Assembly: GCA_003560595.1 (NCBI GenBank)
Contig: PWKY01000066.1
Span: forward strand, 226 to 64,225
Source: Thermoplasmata archaeon
GTDB lineage: Archaea > Thermoplasmatota > Thermoplasmata > Halarchaeoplasmatales > Halarchaeoplasmataceae
DNA: 64,000 nt
Direction of reading: 5' to 3'
The position numbers and the translations under genes are program-made. The notes under the pieces are model-generated. The model saw only the letters and a program-made list of their open reading frames with translations. It did not search any database and was not told the origin of the DNA. Numbering within the stretch: the first letter of the stretch is position 1; every line of letters begins with the position of its first letter. Positions 60,148-64,000 of the stretch are shown here, piece by piece.

Positions 60148-61245
60148 GTGAAGATGACCATAGAAGAAGAGATAGAGGCCATCGAAGAGGAGATCCGAGA
60201 AACTCCTTATAATAAGGCTACTCAACAACACATAGGTAGATTGAAGGCTAAACTTGCCAAGTTAAAGGAGAAACAGATAAAACAGGGCAAGGGTACCAAC
60301 AGCTCAGGAGGCTATGCGATCAAAAAGGAGGGCGATGCCACCATCGGATTGATCGGTTATCCCAGTGTTGGTAAAAGTACGCTCCTCAACGCGTTAACCA
60401 ACGCTAAGAGCGAAGTAGGTAATTATCACTTCACCACCCTGGATGTTATACCGGGTGTTATGGAACACAACGAGGCTATCTTTCAAATATTGGACCTACC
60501 AGGTTTAGTAAGTGGTGCCGCTGCTGGAAAGGGGAGAGGCAAGGAAGTACTTTCAGTTGCCAGAGTGATGGACCTTTTAGTTTTGATCGGCGACGTTCAC
60601 CGTCCTGATATAATGAGCATGGCTCAGGAACTTGAACAGATGGGTATCAGGTTGAACAAAGAACCTCCGGAGATAGTCATAAAAAAACATGATCGAGGTG
60701 GCATCGAAGTCGCTAGTACGGTAGAACTCAACAGGATCGATCCAGAAACGGTTAAGTCCATAATGCGTGAGTACGGTTTCATAAACGGAACTATCGTGAT
60801 ACGTACCGACATAGATGTCGAGGAGTTGATAGACCATCTTTCGGGAAACCGGGTTTACATTCCGGCCATCGCGGTCATAAACAAAACGGATGCAGCTAAA
60901 GATGAGCAGTTAGATATCATAAAAGATGATCTCGAAGGTTGGGACCCCATTTTCATATCTGCTGAAGAATGCAGGGGATTGGATGGTCTAAAAGAACGTA
61001 TGTTCGAAGCACTTGATCTCATCCGTGTTTATCTTAAGCCTCAGGGAGAAAAGGGTGACGATGAACCGTTGATAATAAACCGAGGTTCTACAGTTGAAGA
61101 TGTCTGTAGAAAGCTCCACACCGACTTCGTTAAGAACTTTCGATACGCTCGTATCTGGGGTCCGACCGCTAAATTCCCAAAACAAAGGGTCGGCCCTGAC
61201 CACGTTCTAGAGGAAGGGGACACTTTACGTATAATCACGGGATAG
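60148..61245 (+). CDS. Obg-family DRG-like GTPase with C-terminal TGS domain
   Basis: G1 GYPSVGKST, G3 DLPG and the TGS block at the C-terminus. Confidence 0.8.
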   Translation: MKMTIEEEIEAIEEEIRETPYNKATQQHIGRLKAKLAKLKEKQIKQGKGTNSSGGYAIKKEGDATIGLIGYPSVGKSTLLNALTNAKSEVGNYHFTTLDVIPGVMEHNEAIFQILDLPGLVSGAAAGKGRGKEVLSVARVMDLLVLIGDVHRPDIMSMAQELEQMGIRLNKEPPEIVIKKHDRGGIEVASTVELNRIDPETVKSIMREYGFINGTIVIRTDIDVEELIDHLSGNRVYIPAIAVINKTDAAKDEQLDIIKDDLEGWDPIFISAEECRGLDGLKERMFEALDLIRVYLKPQGEKGDDEPLIINRGSTVEDVCRKLHTDFVKNFRYARIWGPTAKFPKQRVGPDHVLEEGDTLRIITG

Positions 61246-61279
61246 TTTTATATCACATGTTGATTAGTAGTGTATCAAG

Positions 61280-61813
61280 ATGAAAGAGATAATCTCTAGA
61301 GCCATGAGTTCAGGCATGGATTTTACACGGGGGAGTACCATCAAGGCATTCCTAGCACGCATCGATATAGACCAGGATGCCTACGATCGGGTTTACATCA
61401 CTCTCAAAAACATGGCTTTTAAGCAGGATTTTACCAACACCCACTTCGACCAAAGGATAGTCCTTTTACCTCACTGCCTCAGGAACGTAGAAAGATGTGA
61501 AGCGGAATTTACCGAATTAGGTTACATCTGCGCCCATTGTGGTGCTTGTGATATAGGAGATATAAAGAAGCAGGCCGATGAACTCGGTTACAAAGGAGTA
61601 TTCGTAGTTCCCGGTGGCAGCATGGCTAGAAAGGTGATGGAAGATATAAGGCCCTCGGCAGTTGTCGGGGTCGCTTGTTTTTTGGAACTGGCAGAGAGTA
61701 TGGAGCAGGCAGTGGTGTACCATATCATACCACAGGGTGTTCCTCTTTTAAAGGATGGCTGCATAGATACGGTGGTGGATAAAGAAGAGTTAAAGAAGAT
61801 AATGAAGGGATGA
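61280..61813 (+). CDS. Conserved Cys-rich protein (DUF116-like)
   Basis: LPHCLRN..C....CAHCGACD motif recalled from the DUF116 family; call rests on memory. Confidence 0.4.
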   Translation: MKEIISRAMSSGMDFTRGSTIKAFLARIDIDQDAYDRVYITLKNMAFKQDFTNTHFDQRIVLLPHCLRNVERCEAEFTELGYICAHCGACDIGDIKKQADELGYKGVFVVPGGSMARKVMEDIRPSAVVGVACFLELAESMEQAVVYHIIPQGVPLLKDGCIDTVVDKEELKKIMKG

Positions 61814-61853
61814 TGACCTTAAGTTTATAACCACCTTATCTTTAACTATATAT

Positions 61854-62750
61854 GTGAAACGTGTCAAGGCATTTTTAGAAGTAAGTCGTTGGAGGATACA
61901 GCTGGTGTCTCTGGCAACCATATTACTCGGGCCGCTTTATGGAGCCGGATCTCTAAAGGATATCTTCACATCTGATATTGTAATATTTGCCCTTCTGTTC
62001 TTGTCTACTATAACCTTCGCATGCAACGTAAATTGTTATCACGACAGGGGTGTAGATTCTTTGGAAAAAAAACACCTTTCTGATTCAGTCGATACCTTGG
62101 GTTTTGGTGTTCTCAAAAAGATCATGATTATGGAGATACTCTTTATCTTCGTATTATCTGTTTATTTTATCTATCGAACTCATCTGATAGTAGCTCTACT
62201 CGGATCCCTAGGACTCCTGTTTGGTTATACCTATTCCTCCCCTCCCTTACGTCTTAAAAGTAGAGGACTCATAGGAGTTATCCCTGTAAATTTAGGTGTA
62301 TATGTACTACCCATATTAGCCGGCTATCTTATCATCGATCAAAATGTTACCTTGGATTTTTTACTTTTTATCCTCGGCTATGCACTTCTCAACCTAGGTA
62401 TCAACTTGGTCAATGTAGCAGAGGATCATGATGTGGATAAACGCTGTGACATATTTACCATCGCACATAAGTTGGGCATAAGGAAAACAATCGGGACAGC
62501 ATCTCTAACCACCATCCTCGGCAGCTTAATTATTTTGAGCATGCTGTTCATCCAAATAAATAACATATATTCCGTAATCTTTTTCTTCCTACTTTTAACC
62601 ACGATGGCTTTTACATCTCTGGATATCTCTACGACCCTTTTAAAACAAGATATCGAAACAGCAGTAAAGAAAAAGGGAAAACGACTTCCTTTATACTTTA
62701 TCTCAACACGATATCCCATGATACTTATCTTATTATTTTCCCTGATATAG
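61854..62750 (+). CDS. UbiA-family prenyltransferase (possible (di)geranylgeranylglyceryl-phosphate synthase type)
   Basis: Polytopic; Asp-rich YHDRGVDS and EDHDVDKR motifs; GTG start. Confidence 0.6.
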   Translation: MKRVKAFLEVSRWRIQLVSLATILLGPLYGAGSLKDIFTSDIVIFALLFLSTITFACNVNCYHDRGVDSLEKKHLSDSVDTLGFGVLKKIMIMEILFIFVLSVYFIYRTHLIVALLGSLGLLFGYTYSSPPLRLKSRGLIGVIPVNLGVYVLPILAGYLIIDQNVTLDFLLFILGYALLNLGINLVNVAEDHDVDKRCDIFTIAHKLGIRKTIGTASLTTILGSLIILSMLFIQINNIYSVIFFFLLLTTMAFTSLDISTTLLKQDIETAVKKKGKRLPLYFISTRYPMILILLFSLI

Positions 62751-62805
62751 CGAACCAAAAAAATTATTATGGTCCACCGGGCATAACATATATCGGTGAA
62801 CACAT

Positions 62806-63372
62806 ATGAAGGTTAGATGGCTGGGAAACGCTTGTGTTGAGATAGTGGCCGAGGAAAGAGTGATCATCGATCCCCACCCTACCGTCGATTTGAAGGGTCG
62901 GGCGGACAAGATCTTCATAACCCACGAACACGACGACCACTTTGATAAAGATACCTTCGATAGGATATCAAAGGATGCCGAGACCTACGCACCGAAACAC
63001 ACTCTAAACAAATTTGACATCCAAGGAAAAGCCGTCAAGCCGGGTGACGAATTTTCCGATATAAAAGTTTTAGACTGCGATTGCTGGAAGTCAAAGGAAA
63101 GTGTAGGTTTTTACTACAAAGGTATTCTTCATCCCGGTGATTCTGCGGAATTCTACGTCGATGAACAGGTCTTACTTGCCTTCAGCCCGTGCTTTGAAAG
63201 TAACTACTATGATTATCTTGAGAGCGTATCAAAGACCGAACCGGGCTTGGTCGTCCCCTTCCACTATGATCACATAGAGAAAAAAGATGAAGCTGAAGGA
63301 CTGGTCGATCTACTAAAAAAAGAAGGCTTCTCATGTAAATTACTATCACCAGGCGATGAACTAATCCTGTGA
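62806..63372 (+). CDS. Metallo-beta-lactamase-fold hydrolase
   Basis: ITHEHDDHFD motif. Confidence 0.65.
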   Translation: MKVRWLGNACVEIVAEERVIIDPHPTVDLKGRADKIFITHEHDDHFDKDTFDRISKDAETYAPKHTLNKFDIQGKAVKPGDEFSDIKVLDCDCWKSKESVGFYYKGILHPGDSAEFYVDEQVLLAFSPCFESNYYDYLESVSKTEPGLVVPFHYDHIEKKDEAEGLVDLLKKEGFSCKLLSPGDELIL

Positions 63373-64000
63373 TCACCGTATCAGATTTCGATAATACGCC
63401 GGTAACTTTGATTCTGTTTTATTCAGAGCCAAGCAGCCGCATATAGGTTCGGAGAAATCACTATTCATCCTTCCCCAGATATCGTCGATATCTTCACGGT
63501 ATATGTTACCCCTGATTTCATGAAGCATATCACAAGGATAAACGTCCCCTTCCGCCGTTATATGCATGCGGTTGTACCCTGCGGTGCAGCCCATGAACTG
63601 TTCGCTGTCCATGAAAGGCCCTGAGATGATCCTAGGATATCCACGCTCTTTTTTAGATCTTTTTTGGATGTTCATCAGATACTCTCTCTCATCCGGATCC
63701 AACATATTTTCATCAGAGGTCAACATAGGTTCAAAGATGGCCACGTCTGTGACCCCTTGTTTCCTAACGAACTTTAGATACTTATCAACATATGGTATCA
63801 TCTCGGAAGTGACGACGATCCAGCTGCCGGTGAGCATCCCTGCTTTTTTCACGTTTTGGATGGATTTCAAGCTGCGTTTGTAAGCACCCTTACATCCCAT
63901 CAACTTGTCGTTGTTTTTCTCATCATGGTGCTCCAAAGCGACCAACACCCCCTGACACCCTGCTTTTTTGAGTGATCTCGCTCTTTTTATATCTATAGGT
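63373..64000 (-). CDS. Radical-SAM protein with SPASM/twitch C-terminal domain; C-terminal part only, ORF is open to the window edge
   Basis: Cys-rich tail (CTAGYNRMHITAEGDVYPCD, CGCLALN). Reading frame continues without a stop past base 64000. Confidence 0.55.
   Translation of the reverse strand, partial: PIDIKRARSLKKAGCQGVLVALEHHDEKNNDKLMGCKGAYKRSLKSIQNVKKAGMLTGSWIVVTSEMIPYVDKYLKFVRKQGVTDVAIFEPMLTSDENMLDPDEREYLMNIQKRSKKERGYPRIISGPFMDSEQFMGCTAGYNRMHITAEGDVYPCDMLHEIRGNIYREDIDDIWGRMNSDFSEPICGCLALNKTESKLPAYYRNLIR

Overview
This 64 kb window is a chromosomal segment of an archaeon, roughly 40% GC and densely coded on both strands. The backbone is clearly archaeal and mostly housekeeping. Identifiable genes include the proteasome-activating nucleotidase PAN and the ribosomal protein operons S19e / PDCD5-like / L39e / L31e / aIF6 and L44e / S27e / aIF2-alpha. 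Also present are Trm1, deoxyhypusine synthase, FtsZ, the archaetidylserine synthase and decarboxylase pair, Thi4, PyrBI, TrkAH, an archaeal-type NAPRTase with a zinc ribbon, an Rqc2/NEMF homolog and an anaerobic class III ribonucleotide reductase operon. Several bacterial-flavoured genes are embedded in this backbone: nrdR, cyanophycin synthetase, queH, tryptophanase and a YhaM-like cysteine desulfidase. Three regions stand out. First, at 43.8-49.4 kb a protein with a canonical eukaryote-type UBC (E2) fold, carrying the HPN motif and catalytic Cys, sits beside a stand-alone Cdc48-N-like domain. It is transcribed divergently from a 1454-aa protein built of about 18 TPR/MIT-like helical repeats and ending in a compact C4HC3 RING/PHD-like zinc finger. 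Together these look like a candidate ubiquitin-like conjugation module. Second, at 52.4-56.7 kb three consecutive paralogous genes open with the same CPxC-x12-14-CPxCG zinc ribbon. Two of them carry tandem acidic repeats (24 bp and 27 bp DNA repeats) and the same helical repeat, and one ends in a DUF835-like domain. Third, the first 5 kb is an AT-rich accessory island. It holds the C-terminal half of a HerA-like ATPase followed by an acidic HExxH (SprT-like) protein and several uncharacterized ORFs, and it ends at a truncated FtsZ GTPase-domain-only paralog. No CRISPR array, rRNA or tRNA was recognised.
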